Positions 16,188 to 25,870 of a stretch of 32,000 nt of DNA are shown piece by piece. Where the stretch lies: contig NZ_AP019769.1 of NCBI RefSeq assembly GCF_023169545.1, positions 60,001 to 92,000 of the forward strand, read 5' to 3'. Source of the DNA: Nanobdella aerobiophila. GTDB taxonomy: Archaea > Nanobdellota > Nanobdellia > Nanobdellales > Nanobdellaceae. The position numbers and the translations under genes are program-made. Every line of letters begins with the position of its first letter. Position 1 is the first letter of the stretch. The notes beneath the pieces are model-generated. The model ran no database searches and was not told where the DNA came from. It saw nothing but the letters and a program-made list of their open reading frames with translations.

Positions 16188-17156
16188 TTATTTTGCTAGT
16201 GAATCAAAATTTTTTCTTATCCATATTATAAAGAATATTGCCGATATAAATACCATAATTTCTATAGGGTTGAATATCAGTGAGAATATGGGTAATAATG
16301 CTAATATGGATATGGATGAAAGATAAAAGGGTGTCTGACTCAGTATTAAAATATCTCCTATAAATTTGTTTGAGTATGAATATCCAGATCTTACGGAAAT
16401 AAATGGTGATAATATTATACCTAGTGGTATTATAGATAGGTATGTAAAAAATAGTAAAAAGTAGAAGAAATATGTGGTAAATCCGTATATTATGGGACTT
16501 ATAGATGCTAGATACTTAATTATAGAAAATATTAGCCATATAATAGTCATAGATATTAAAAATATTCTTATTAACTCATTATTAGATACTTCTAGATTTT
16601 TGTTTCTACCGATCCTTTTATATTCTATTACTATTGGTTTCATTGAAAATATTATCGGAACTAGAAAACCTAAAGAAATTATAGATATTACTATTGATAT
16701 AATATAGCTTAAATTTAATCTCCTAATAATTGTAATATTCAATCCCTTATCTTTATTTAGGAAATTCTTTAAAGATATATAATAGAAAAATGTGATAAAT
16801 ATTAGAAATATTAATAATAAAAATAGGTTATTTCTAAATATAAAAGATAAAAATATTATTATTAATGCGTATATAATTATAAACATGTATATCTGGCGGA
16901 ATTTCATTGATCTGGTTGAGAATAACATCTTTAGTTCTGCTATAACCAAATCTAGAGATATATATAAACCATACCAAGATGCTACAAGATTAAATATAAT
17001 TAATATAATGAAATATGATAATATAATATAAAATATAGAAAATACTAAATTTGTTATTCCTATAAGTACAGTATCCCATTTATTGAAAGATAAGAAAAAA
17101 GCAACTATTACAAGGTAGTAAAACACATTTTTATTAATTTTTATATATTCAAACAT
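16188..17156 (-). CDS. Hypothetical polytopic membrane protein
   Basis: 322 aa with about 9-10 hydrophobic helices. Divergent from lonB across a 51-nt spacer. No recognisable catalytic motif. Confidence 0.5.
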   Translation of the reverse strand: MFEYIKINKNVFYYLVIVAFFLSFNKWDTVLIGITNLVFSIFYIILSYFIILIIFNLVASWYGLYISLDLVIAELKMLFSTRSMKFRQIYMFIIIYALIIIFLSFIFRNNLFLLLIFLIFITFFYYISLKNFLNKDKGLNITIIRRLNLSYIISIVISIISLGFLVPIIFSMKPIVIEYKRIGRNKNLEVSNNELIRIFLISMTIIWLIFSIIKYLASISPIIYGFTTYFFYFLLFFTYLSIIPLGIILSPFISVRSGYSYSNKFIGDILILSQTPFYLSSISILALLPIFSLIFNPIEIMVFISAIFFIIWIRKNFDSLAK

Positions 17157-17207
17157 TCTTTAATATTATATATCTATATTTTTATTTTTTCCTATTAAGA
17201 TAATATC

Positions 17208-20200
17208 ATGAGTGATAATAGTATAATATCTATAACAGATCTGTATAAGATATTCACTTTTAAGAGTACCAAAGATATAGAAGTACCAAAAAAAATTTCA
17301 GAACAGGTAATTGGGCAAGATTCTGCGCTAGATATAATTAAAAAAGCTGCAAATCAGAAAAGAAATGTACTATTAATAGGAGATCCCGGTACAGGTAAGT
17401 CTATGCTAGCCCAAGCCTTAGCAGAGATAATTTCTGAAAATAAAAATAATATAGATTCTCTAGAGGATATAGTCGTTTTTCCAAATCCCCAGGACGAATA
17501 TAATCCTATAGTTAGAACTTTCCCTGCAGGTACTGGAAAAAAGTTAGTAGATGAAATGAAAAAGAAAATTGCAGAACAGGCAAAATTCTTTCAATATTTC
17601 TATTTGGCTTTATTACTAATAGCATCATTAACTCCATTGTATTTTTATTATGTACAAAATTATATAATGGCAGGATCTACATTTATTGGTTTTATGATAC
17701 TAATAGCAGGTCTATCTTTTTCAATGCAGTTTGTTCAAAAGCAAATATTAAAAGGTGTTCCAAAAGTAATTGTTGATAATAAAGATAAGACTAGTGTTCC
17801 TTTTGTAGATGCGACTGGAGCATTTGAGGGGATGTTGTTTGGTGATGTGCTTCATGATCCCTATCAATGTCTAAGGAAGCAGAATGAAATTTATGTCGTA
17901 AACGGAGAGAAAATAATTCCAATGGAAATTAACAAATTTGTGGAAAATATTTTGAAGGAAAATGAGGATAAATTATTTATTAATGAGGAAAATAATATAA
18001 AAATTGTTGCTACTAAAGTAAATAAACCAATTTATATTCTTGGATATAAAGATGGAAAAATTCAACCTGTTAAAGTTATATCTGTTAATAAAAGAATTGG
18101 TCCTCAAGAGATATATAATATAAATAGTAGAGATGTTGTAATATCTGTTACTCCAGATCATAAAATATTTGATAGAAATTTAAAAATGATAGAAGCAGAG
18201 AATATTAAAAAAGATATATTTTATAGGTTCTATGATAATATAAATATTTTAACAGAAGAAGATATTGTAAGAACATATGGAGAAGAAGAATTAGAAAGAT
18301 ATAAATTATACTTAAAATGGAAGGAATTTAAAGAAAAAAATCCTGGTATAGGATATAAAAAAGCAGCAAAAATATTAAATATACTAGAATTCAAAATAAA
18401 GGAGTGGGAAGAAGGAATGAAACCTCCAAGTTTATATATAATTGGAGAGTTAAAGAAATTGAATTTATTACCATTAAAACTATCTGATGATAGATTATTA
18501 ATTATTGCAAGAATTATTGGTGGATTATTTGGAAATGGAAATATAGATAAAAATTTGAACACTTTAGCATATATATCATCAGAAAAAGAAGCCATTGATA
18601 ATTTCATAAGAGATTTAAAATCTATATTTGGTGATTTTACATATGAAATAAGAGAAAGTGATAAAGCATATTTATTTAGAACTACTGAAAGAAGGATAAT
18701 AAGATTTTTTGTTGCATTGGGTGCTCCAGTTGGTAAAAAAACAGAAATTATATTAAAAATACCAGAGTGGATATACAATAGAAGAGATTTAATACTATCC
18801 TTTTTAGATGGTTTTTATAGTGCAGAAGGTTTTGTACCAAGATATTGGAAATGTAAAGATGGACATAAAATAAAAAATAAAGTAGAAATAATATTGTTAA
18901 ATAAAAATAAGGAAACAATAGAAGAATTAGAAAGGTTTATAGATAAGTTGTATACATTGAGATTAAAAGCGAGATTAAGAATAGAAAGAAGAGATGGAAA
19001 GTATTTAATAAGAATAATGTTTAGTCAATCTTTTGAAAATACTTTTAGATTATATAAATTAATAGGATTTTCATATTCTCCAAGAAAAAGAGAGAGATTT
19101 GAAGAAGTTATTAATTCATATATTAAAGATTATTCAGAATTTAAAAGAAAAAATGTATTAGAAGCTATTCAAATATTGAAGTATAATTATGATAGAAAAT
19201 TATATAGGGTTAAAGAATTAGTAGATGTAACATATAATATAACAACAGAATCTGGTAATTTAATTGTAAATGGCATATTAGTTAAAAATTCTGGAGGACT
19301 AGAAACACCAGCTCATCAAAGGGTAGTTGCAGGTGCGATACATAAAGCAAATAAAGGTGTGCTATTTATAGATGAGATTGGAACATTAAGACCAGAAGTC
19401 CAGATAGAGTTATTAACTGTATTACAAGAAAAGAAATATTCAATATTTGGAAGATCAGAAAGATCGGCTGGTGCCATGGTTAGGACTACTCCCGCACCTG
19501 CAGATTTTATATTAGTAGCAGCAGGTAATTTAGAAACAGTGGAAAAATTACATCCTGCTTTTAGATCAAGAATTAGGGGTTATGGTTATGAAGTATATAT
19601 GAAATCTGAAACGAAGTTTACTAAAGAAACTGCACTAAAATATGCACAGTTTGTTGCTCAGGAAGTTAAAAAATCCGGTAATATACCACCATTTACAAAA
19701 GAAGCCGTTATAGAAGTAATAAAGGAAGCTCAAAGAAGATCCGGAAAAAAAGATTATTTAACATTAAGATTAAGAGATTTAGGTGGATTGATAAGATTAG
19801 CTGGTGATATAGCTAGATTAAAAAATAAAGAATTTGTGGAAGCAGAAGATGTTATAGAGGCTAAAGATAAGGCGCTAACTCTAGAAGATCAAATATCTAG
19901 ATATTATATAGAGAGAAGAAAAGAATATGAATTGATTAAAAATGAGGGAAGTCTTATAGGAAGAGTAAATGGATTAGCAGTAATTGGATCTAAAATATAT
20001 TATTCTGGAATTGTATTGCCTGTGGAAGCAGAAGTTGTTCCTGGAAAAGGAGCAGGGAAGGTAATTGCAACGGGTAATTTAGGAAAGATTGCTAAAGAAG
20101 CAATAATAAATGTATCTACAGTCATTAAGAAGAAATTTAAAGAAGATTTAAAGAAATATGATGTTCATGTACAATTTTTACAAACTTATGAGGGGGTGGA

Positions 20201-20492
20201 AGGCGATTCTGCATCAATTACCGTGGCTACAGCAATAATATCCGCATTAAAAAACTGGCCTGTAAGACAAGATATAGCAATGACAGGATCATTATCTATT
20301 AGGGGAGAAGTATTGCCTATAGGCGGTGTAATAGCAAAAATTGAGGCAGCAATAGAATATGGTTTGAAAGAAGTATTAGTACCAGAAAGTAATTATAATG
20401 ATATTCCGGAAGATTTATTTAATAAGATAAAGATAATACCTGTAAAAACAATAGATGAAGTTATAGATCATGCTTTAATTAAGAATATTTAA
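17208..20492 (+). CDS. lonB: Archaeal membrane-bound Lon protease (LonB), intein-containing precursor
   Basis: Walker A GDPGTGKS. Two TM helices inserted in the AAA+ module (FFQYFYLALLLIASL.., STFIGFMILIAGLSF). Walker B GVLFIDEIG. Protease Ser in EGDSASITVATA and Lys in IGGVIAKIEAA. The extein junction HDPYQ|..|SGGLETPAHQRVVAG is contiguous in intein-free LonB. The mature protein would be 620 aa. Confidence 0.9.
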   Translation: MSDNSIISITDLYKIFTFKSTKDIEVPKKISEQVIGQDSALDIIKKAANQKRNVLLIGDPGTGKSMLAQALAEIISENKNNIDSLEDIVVFPNPQDEYNPIVRTFPAGTGKKLVDEMKKKIAEQAKFFQYFYLALLLIASLTPLYFYYVQNYIMAGSTFIGFMILIAGLSFSMQFVQKQILKGVPKVIVDNKDKTSVPFVDATGAFEGMLFGDVLHDPYQCLRKQNEIYVVNGEKIIPMEINKFVENILKENEDKLFINEENNIKIVATKVNKPIYILGYKDGKIQPVKVISVNKRIGPQEIYNINSRDVVISVTPDHKIFDRNLKMIEAENIKKDIFYRFYDNINILTEEDIVRTYGEEELERYKLYLKWKEFKEKNPGIGYKKAAKILNILEFKIKEWEEGMKPPSLYIIGELKKLNLLPLKLSDDRLLIIARIIGGLFGNGNIDKNLNTLAYISSEKEAIDNFIRDLKSIFGDFTYEIRESDKAYLFRTTERRIIRFFVALGAPVGKKTEIILKIPEWIYNRRDLILSFLDGFYSAEGFVPRYWKCKDGHKIKNKVEIILLNKNKETIEELERFIDKLYTLRLKARLRIERRDGKYLIRIMFSQSFENTFRLYKLIGFSYSPRKRERFEEVINSYIKDYSEFKRKNVLEAIQILKYNYDRKLYRVKELVDVTYNITTESGNLIVNGILVKNSGGLETPAHQRVVAGAIHKANKGVLFIDEIGTLRPEVQIELLTVLQEKKYSIFGRSERSAGAMVRTTPAPADFILVAAGNLETVEKLHPAFRSRIRGYGYEVYMKSETKFTKETALKYAQFVAQEVKKSGNIPPFTKEAVIEVIKEAQRRSGKKDYLTLRLRDLGGLIRLAGDIARLKNKEFVEAEDVIEAKDKALTLEDQISRYYIERRKEYELIKNEGSLIGRVNGLAVIGSKIYYSGIVLPVEAEVVPGKGAGKVIATGNLGKIAKEAIINVSTVIKKKFKEDLKKYDVHVQFLQTYEGVEGDSASITVATAIISALKNWPVRQDIAMTGSLSIRGEVLPIGGVIAKIEAAIEYGLKEVLVPESNYNDIPEDLFNKIKIIPVKTIDEVIDHALIKNI
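17868..19289 (+). mobile_element. Intein (474 aa) with LAGLIDADG homing-endonuclease domain, inserted in lonB
   Basis: Starts with Cys (CLRKQNEIYV, aa 221). Block B ISVTPDHKIF (TxxH). LAGLIDADG-like motifs IIGGLFGNGNID (about 18496-18552) and FLDGFYSAEGFV (about 18791-18836). Block F/G VDVTYNITTESGNLIVNGILVKN, followed by the +1 Ser of SGG. Confidence 0.85.
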
Positions 20493-20495
20493 AAA

Positions 20496-20503
20496 TTTTT
20501 TTT
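20496..20503 (+). terminator. Oligo-T tract after lonB (candidate archaeal terminator)
   Basis: Eight consecutive T starting 4 nt after the lonB stop. Archaeal termination typically uses oligo-T, but such runs are common in this genome. Confidence 0.3.
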
Positions 20504-20517
20504 ATTATTATCTCTTT

Positions 20518-23500
20518 ATGAAGAAGATACTCTATCTTTTATTTTTATTATTGATTTATCCAATATATTCCCAAAATGTTTGGCACGAAAATAATGTATA
20601 TGATCCAGTTACATTTTTAAATATAAGCTTATCAAATAATTATCTTCAACCGAATAATATATTATACTATAATGTTTCTATAAATTATAGAGATATATAT
20701 TATATACCAAATGCATCATTGGTAATACAGATAATTCAAAAAGGTGATAATAATAGCATATATCCATATCAATTTAATAATGATAATGAAATATATGAAT
20801 ATGTAATAAGAAATCTATATTTACAACCCGGGGAAACTATAAATATACCATTAAAATATATAGTACCTTATAATTTAGATCCTGGATACTATTATATTGT
20901 TGCATACTTATATACACCTCTAAACAATATAAATGGTTTGCCATTTATATACTATCCTGGATCATATACAGAATTTTATGTAGATAGTATTAATGGAGGT
21001 TATCCATCAATGTATATTGTAAAAAATGACACTTATCTATCATCTAGTTCTTTATATACATACGGTTCTATATTATACTCTTCAGGATATTATTATTCTT
21101 CATTAAGTGGGCCTACAGGATATGGAGTATCTAATGGTTTAAATATGTCAGTAGATATATATTCTCAAAATAATGCTAATGCCACATTATTATTATTAAT
21201 ATCACCATGGGATGATATTCTATACAGTCCTGTATATAATAATACATATAATATAAATTTGAATTCAGGTTATAATATAATAAACATAGATAATATAAAT
21301 ATTTCAAGTTTACCACCAAATGTATATTCTGCTAGATTAGAATTGCTATATAATAATACAGTAGAATCAATATATAGATTAAGATTTATAGTTTTGGGTC
21401 CAACTACCAGATTAGATGGAGTCTTTTTACAGGGAAATGGAAATCTAACATTTATAGTTGCTCCATCTCCAGATCATTATACGTACCCTACAACTCCAAA
21501 TGTCATTGCCCAAGTATATTCTAATATATTAGGATTTAATGAAAATATATCTCTCGGAAATATAAGTTGGTATAATACTCAATTTACATATGTAAATTTA
21601 CAATTGCCATTAAATTCGACAAAATTTGATTTATGTATAAATTTGTATTCTAATAATAATCTAGATTATAATTATTGTACTTATTATAATATTAATCAAT
21701 CTGATACATATGGTTTACCATTATCTCAATTAGTTTATGTAAATTATACAAATAATTATTTCTATATATGTTCAAATATATCTGGCAATCTAATCGTTGC
21801 ATATAATTCTCCAGCAAATACACTATTATCAACAAATGTAGATAATAATTGTTATAATTATAGTGATATTAGTAATGGAACGTATTATATATCATTTTAT
21901 TCTTCTCAATATTCTAATCAATGGATAATTAATAATACTTACTATCCTTCAAAAACAAATATATTGATAAAACCAATAAAACAACAAAATGATAATATAT
22001 ATTATCTTGCCTTAGTAATAGTTATAATAATAATTTCTATATTATTATATATGATAAAAAGGTGGAAAATATTCGCGATATTTATAGTTGGTCTCGTATT
22101 TTTATCAACTATCCATTCTCAAACTATAACAGTATCACCAACTAATCTATGTTCTCCTTCTGGATCAGTAACCATTACAACTTCAAATTATTCTGGTGAT
22201 GTAAATGTAAATTATACATTCTTTAATCCAAATAATAATTTTGTATATTCTAGTGGTCAATACAAGTATTTTGGTAGTTCTTATTCTTATACAATCGCAT
22301 TGAATAATCTACCAGCCGGTATTAATGTACCAATTGAATATAATATAGATGTTGAAAATTGTACAATTGTTAATTTATCTATTTCATGTAGTTATAATAC
22401 CTACAATGGATATATATATTCAAATTACCCATTTTATTTTGAATACTATTCAAATCCAATATATACTTCCTCAGATGATGCAGCATATATTGTTGCAGGA
22501 TGTTCAAATTCTGAAAATATTATAAATAATACATACTTTAATTTTACTGTAATATTGCCCAATGGAACCAGTATTTTAACAAGGACTAATTGTTCAGGGG
22601 CAGGAGATCCTGATTGGGGACAGAATTTATGTGATTTAAATATATATAATTATGATAATTCAATAGGTAATTATACTTATAATGGATCATATGATTATAA
22701 TGGACAACTATATAATATACCATTTGTAGGAAACCCATTACAAGTATTGGGTGCGTCCGCTGGTACTTTTACCAGTGTTTCTTGTACCCATGCTGTAGCA
22801 GATGTAAGTGCAAATTCTAGCTCTAATCCTCTACAAATTTATTTTAATTACAATGGTCCAAACACAGGTAATTACTATACTTATGATAATGGGGTATATA
22901 TATTAGCCCAGAATACTTCTCTTGGATTTAATGTGAATGGTGGATATAATGGTTTATGTTCAGATGGTGTGACAAATTCAGGAACTCCTTCAATAGCATT
23001 TTGGCTATATTCTACAGATCAATATTTCGATCCAAATTCATCTGTATATATTTTAGGAACTTCCAATGCTGGTATAACATTTAGTAATTATTTTGTGGAT
23101 AGGAGTACAATATATAATATACATCCAAATGAAGGTTTTGTTTTACCATCTGGTTCTCCGTTATGGCTAGCTCTGGAAGGTGGATCTTCTGTCAATGTAT
23201 ATAATTTCAATGAAAATAATCCAGGATATTATATATTATATACAGATTATATAAGAACTGTTTGTGGAAGTCCGGAAGATTATATATGTGATCCAAATGG
23301 TAATCTATGTAGTTATGGCCATATACAAGGCGAAGCCTGGGGATGGTTGCCAATAAACCCCGAACCTGGATATTATTTCTTAGTGATAAATCCAGATGCG
23401 ACAGTTAATGTTCAAAATATAAGTTATTATCCTTATATATATAATATAAATCCCGGTGATCCTATATATCTCGGATATATTGATAATATAGGAATTGGTA

Positions 23501-24750
23501 ATCTAACTGTAGGAGAAAATTATATATTGCCAGATCCAATATTGGTAAATAATAATTTCTTATTGCAAGAAAATCAAAATATATCCTTATATGCATATTT
23601 TCCAACAAATGAATGTTCTCATGTAAGCTGTCAAATACCATACAATGTTAGTTATCAAAATGCATACGGATTAACAGTATATAGTCCAGTGGAGTATTCT
23701 GGATATATAAATATATATTGGGATAATTTGTCTGTTTATACAAATCCATCAATAACGAAGATTACTTATGGACCAGTTAATCTAACTATAGGAGTAGAAA
23801 ATTTAGGACCTGTGCCAGCAGAAAATGTTTCTATATATAATTTACAATATGATCCTGCATGTGTACAAATATTAAATATTTATAATGATTCACTAATAAA
23901 CCCGGGCGCTACCGCATATTTAAATATAGAGATAAATATAACTAATTCAAATTGCAACCCACAAGATTATAATATATCATTTAGTGTATATGGTTGGAAT
24001 ACATATATATATAATTACTCTTTATTATTACCATTAAATCAGGTAAATAATCCTCCAAATGGCGTACAATTAAGCTCTAATACCGTATTTAATATAAAAG
24101 ATATAAATTATCAAGCATGTTATATATCATTTAATAATGCTCAATATCCAAGAAATTGTAATTCTGATTTCTTATATCAAAATGGAATGTGTGCTGGTTC
24201 TATATGTAATACAGAAGTAATTACAGATAATCAATATGCACAATTTGACAATTATTATACATATTATAATTATCTAACCAATTCCAGTTCTATATTTGGA
24301 GTATCATCCTCTAGTCAAGTAATATCTATATATGTAGGCCAACAATATAATTATCAGGTATTAATAAAAAATCTAGTACCATCTCAAATAAATTGTACAA
24401 TAGATACATTGCCAATAATATCAAATGATGACGCACAAGTACTATATTTTAATATAAACGGAATAAATAATCTTAACTTTACCATAGGTCCTGATGGCGT
24501 TGCTAATCTATATATTAATGTCTTGGGTTTGAAATCCGGTGTAGCTAATTTAATATATGGATTTACATGTAATAGTTTATACGGATCATCTACATATAGT
24601 CAAGAAGTGCCTGTATATGTTCTAGAGCCAAATGGACAACTAGCAAATAATGTTAGTAACTTGATTACATCAGAGGAAATAAGTCCTGGAGAATTAATAG
24701 GAGTTTCTATAGGTATATTAGCAGTAGCACTAACACTTGGGCTAATATAA
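20518..24750 (+). CDS. Giant surface protein ORF: two signal-peptide/TM-anchor modules fused in frame (module 1 20518-22050, module 2 22051-24750)
   Basis: 1410 aa. N-terminal signal MKKILYLLFLLLIYPIYS|QN. Mid-ORF anchor-like TM helix YLALVIVIIIISILLY, followed immediately by MIKRWKIFAIFIVGLVFLSTIHS|QT (a second signal-peptide-like segment, Met at 22051). Final C-terminal TM helix LIGVSIGILAVALTLGLI*. Sequon-rich. Module 2 has about 25 Cys and a CARDB-like stretch (PVNLTIGVENLGPVPAENVSIYNL, about 23740-23960). Confidence 0.65.
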   Translation: MKKILYLLFLLLIYPIYSQNVWHENNVYDPVTFLNISLSNNYLQPNNILYYNVSINYRDIYYIPNASLVIQIIQKGDNNSIYPYQFNNDNEIYEYVIRNLYLQPGETINIPLKYIVPYNLDPGYYYIVAYLYTPLNNINGLPFIYYPGSYTEFYVDSINGGYPSMYIVKNDTYLSSSSLYTYGSILYSSGYYYSSLSGPTGYGVSNGLNMSVDIYSQNNANATLLLLISPWDDILYSPVYNNTYNINLNSGYNIINIDNINISSLPPNVYSARLELLYNNTVESIYRLRFIVLGPTTRLDGVFLQGNGNLTFIVAPSPDHYTYPTTPNVIAQVYSNILGFNENISLGNISWYNTQFTYVNLQLPLNSTKFDLCINLYSNNNLDYNYCTYYNINQSDTYGLPLSQLVYVNYTNNYFYICSNISGNLIVAYNSPANTLLSTNVDNNCYNYSDISNGTYYISFYSSQYSNQWIINNTYYPSKTNILIKPIKQQNDNIYYLALVIVIIIISILLYMIKRWKIFAIFIVGLVFLSTIHSQTITVSPTNLCSPSGSVTITTSNYSGDVNVNYTFFNPNNNFVYSSGQYKYFGSSYSYTIALNNLPAGINVPIEYNIDVENCTIVNLSISCSYNTYNGYIYSNYPFYFEYYSNPIYTSSDDAAYIVAGCSNSENIINNTYFNFTVILPNGTSILTRTNCSGAGDPDWGQNLCDLNIYNYDNSIGNYTYNGSYDYNGQLYNIPFVGNPLQVLGASAGTFTSVSCTHAVADVSANSSSNPLQIYFNYNGPNTGNYYTYDNGVYILAQNTSLGFNVNGGYNGLCSDGVTNSGTPSIAFWLYSTDQYFDPNSSVYILGTSNAGITFSNYFVDRSTIYNIHPNEGFVLPSGSPLWLALEGGSSVNVYNFNENNPGYYILYTDYIRTVCGSPEDYICDPNGNLCSYGHIQGEAWGWLPINPEPGYYFLVINPDATVNVQNISYYPYIYNINPGDPIYLGYIDNIGIGNLTVGENYILPDPILVNNNFLLQENQNISLYAYFPTNECSHVSCQIPYNVSYQNAYGLTVYSPVEYSGYINIYWDNLSVYTNPSITKITYGPVNLTIGVENLGPVPAENVSIYNLQYDPACVQILNIYNDSLINPGATAYLNIEINITNSNCNPQDYNISFSVYGWNTYIYNYSLLLPLNQVNNPPNGVQLSSNTVFNIKDINYQACYISFNNAQYPRNCNSDFLYQNGMCAGSICNTEVITDNQYAQFDNYYTYYNYLTNSSSIFGVSSSSQVISIYVGQQYNYQVLIKNLVPSQINCTIDTLPIISNDDAQVLYFNINGINNLNFTIGPDGVANLYINVLGLKSGVANLIYGFTCNSLYGSSTYSQEVPVYVLEPNGQLANNVSNLITSEEISPGELIGVSIGILAVALTLGLI

Positions 24751-25023
24751 TTATTTTGATTTTTTAAAAAATCTCTTATTTAATTCTAAAACTATATCAT
24801 GTATGCTTATTCCGAAAAATAATAATGCTAATAAATATATATCATATATTGTGCTTATAATTCCAGCTATAAATAAATATGCATGATGTATCTTTGTATG
24901 ATATCTTTTAGTCTTGGTTTTTATTTCTATGATAAATTCCGTACTTGTTTTTCTTGTAACATATTCAGCAGATACAAAACCTGCTATGAACAGTAAACTA
25001 TAAGCTACTAGATCATATATCAT
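24751..25023 (-). CDS. Small hypothetical membrane protein (3 TM)
   Basis: 90 aa with three hydrophobic segments. Its end abuts the stop of the convergent giant ORF with a 0-nt gap. No family recognised. Confidence 0.4.
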   Translation of the reverse strand: MIYDLVAYSLLFIAGFVSAEYVTRKTSTEFIIEIKTKTKRYHTKIHHAYLFIAGIISTIYDIYLLALLFFGISIHDIVLELNKRFFKKSK

Positions 25024-25078
25024 TATTTATAAGTCGATTATATATTTTAAAAATCTTATTCTGTATAAAGATATAATT

Positions 25079-25363
25079 ATGGAAATAAATATAATTAATA
25101 GAGAGAAAAACGAATTATTCAATAGAGAGGAATTAGTTGTTAAAATAGATCATAAAAATGAGGCTACACCCAAAAGAGATGATATAAAATCAAAAGTTGC
25201 TGCTATGGTTGGAAAAGATGATAAATTAGTTGTAGTAAGGAAAATAATTACAGAATATGGAAAACAATCATCTAAGGCATATATAAATGTATATGATGAT
25301 CAAAATTTATTATTAAAATTAGAGCCAAAACATATATTAAAAAGAAATAAGATAATACAATGA
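25079..25363 (+). CDS. rps24e: Ribosomal protein eS24 (S24e)
   Basis: 94 aa. NELFNREELVVKIDH..ATPKRDDIKSKVAAMVGKD..LVVVRKIITEYGKQSSKAYINVYDD is the typical S24e pattern. Confidence 0.9.
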   Translation: MEINIINREKNELFNREELVVKIDHKNEATPKRDDIKSKVAAMVGKDDKLVVVRKIITEYGKQSSKAYINVYDDQNLLLKLEPKHILKRNKIIQ

Positions 25364-25560
25364 GTGAGAAGGAATTATCTGTCATGAAATTGTATAGGTT
25401 AGAAAGCGGGAGAGTGGAAAGGATTAAAAAGATATGTCCAAAGTGTGGAAGATTTATGGCTGATCACAAAGATAGATATACATGTGGATATTGTTCATAT
25501 ACAGAATTTAAGGAAAATAAGGATCAAAAAATATTAGATGGAATCGGAATCAAAATATAA
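25360..25560 (+). CDS. rps27ae: Ribosomal protein eS31 (S27ae) zinc-ribbon protein
   Basis: 66 aa. CPKCGRFMADHKDRYTCGYCSYT. ATGA overlap with rps24e. The S24e-S27ae gene pair is conserved in archaea. Confidence 0.9.
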   Translation: MSEKELSVMKLYRLESGRVERIKKICPKCGRFMADHKDRYTCGYCSYTEFKENKDQKILDGIGIKI

Positions 25561-25870
25561 AATTTCTTATTTTGGACCTTTAAGATCTTTTATCGGTTTG
25601 ATGTTTCAAATACCAAAAAAAGATCATATATATATCTTAGATATGAAAAAAGATATAGATGATGGCTTTGTACATACTTTCTTTTGTATAAAACCATTAG
25701 ATATATATCTATATAATTCTAATTTAGAATTAGTATCTTATAAGAAAAACATGAAACAATTTAGTATATTATTACCAAAAAAGCCATTTAGGTATATAAT
25801 AGAAGGTATAAATCTAGATAAAAATAAGATAAATTTTGCTTTATCAAATCTTTCCAATAGTATCAGATAA
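25538..25870 (+). CDS. DUF192 (COG1430)-like protein
   Basis: 110 aa. SFIGLMFQ..KDHIYILDMKKD..VHTFFCIKPLDIYLYNSNLELVSY...PFRYIIEG parallels the DUF192 pattern (r.rGLM.r..l..d.GmlF.....fwMkn..ipLDi.f.d..g.v......a.yvLEl). Confidence 0.55.
   Translation: MESESKYKISYFGPLRSFIGLMFQIPKKDHIYILDMKKDIDDGFVHTFFCIKPLDIYLYNSNLELVSYKKNMKQFSILLPKKPFRYIIEGINLDKNKINFALSNLSNSIR

Noticed and set aside
9291-17031. Small ORFs 9291-9494, 9823-10050, 13595-13789, 14104-14304, 14574-14831, 15835-16050, 15839-16024, 16117-16326, 16474-16707, 16792-17031 (all +)
   Set aside because: Each is antisense to a well-supported gene (GH57, SBDS, psmA, tfb) or to the long 322-aa membrane ORF. AT-rich genomes generate long stop-free antisense frames.
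17973-18778. Minus-strand ORFs of 62 aa (17973-18161) and 182 aa (18230-18778) inside lonB
   Set aside because: They lie antisense to the intein coding region, which has strong motif support. They have Ile/Phe/Asn/Ser-rich shadow composition typical of the complement of Lys/Glu/Ile-rich AT-biased genes, and no motifs.
24679-24750. C-terminus ISPGELIGVSIGILAVALTLGLI as a PGF-CTERM/archaeosortase sorting signal
   Set aside because: The tripeptide is PGE, not PGF. No basic tail follows the helix. The paralogous anchors (..IIIFILY, ..ISILLY) lack the motif. The nearby polytopic proteins lack the Cys expected of an archaeosortase.
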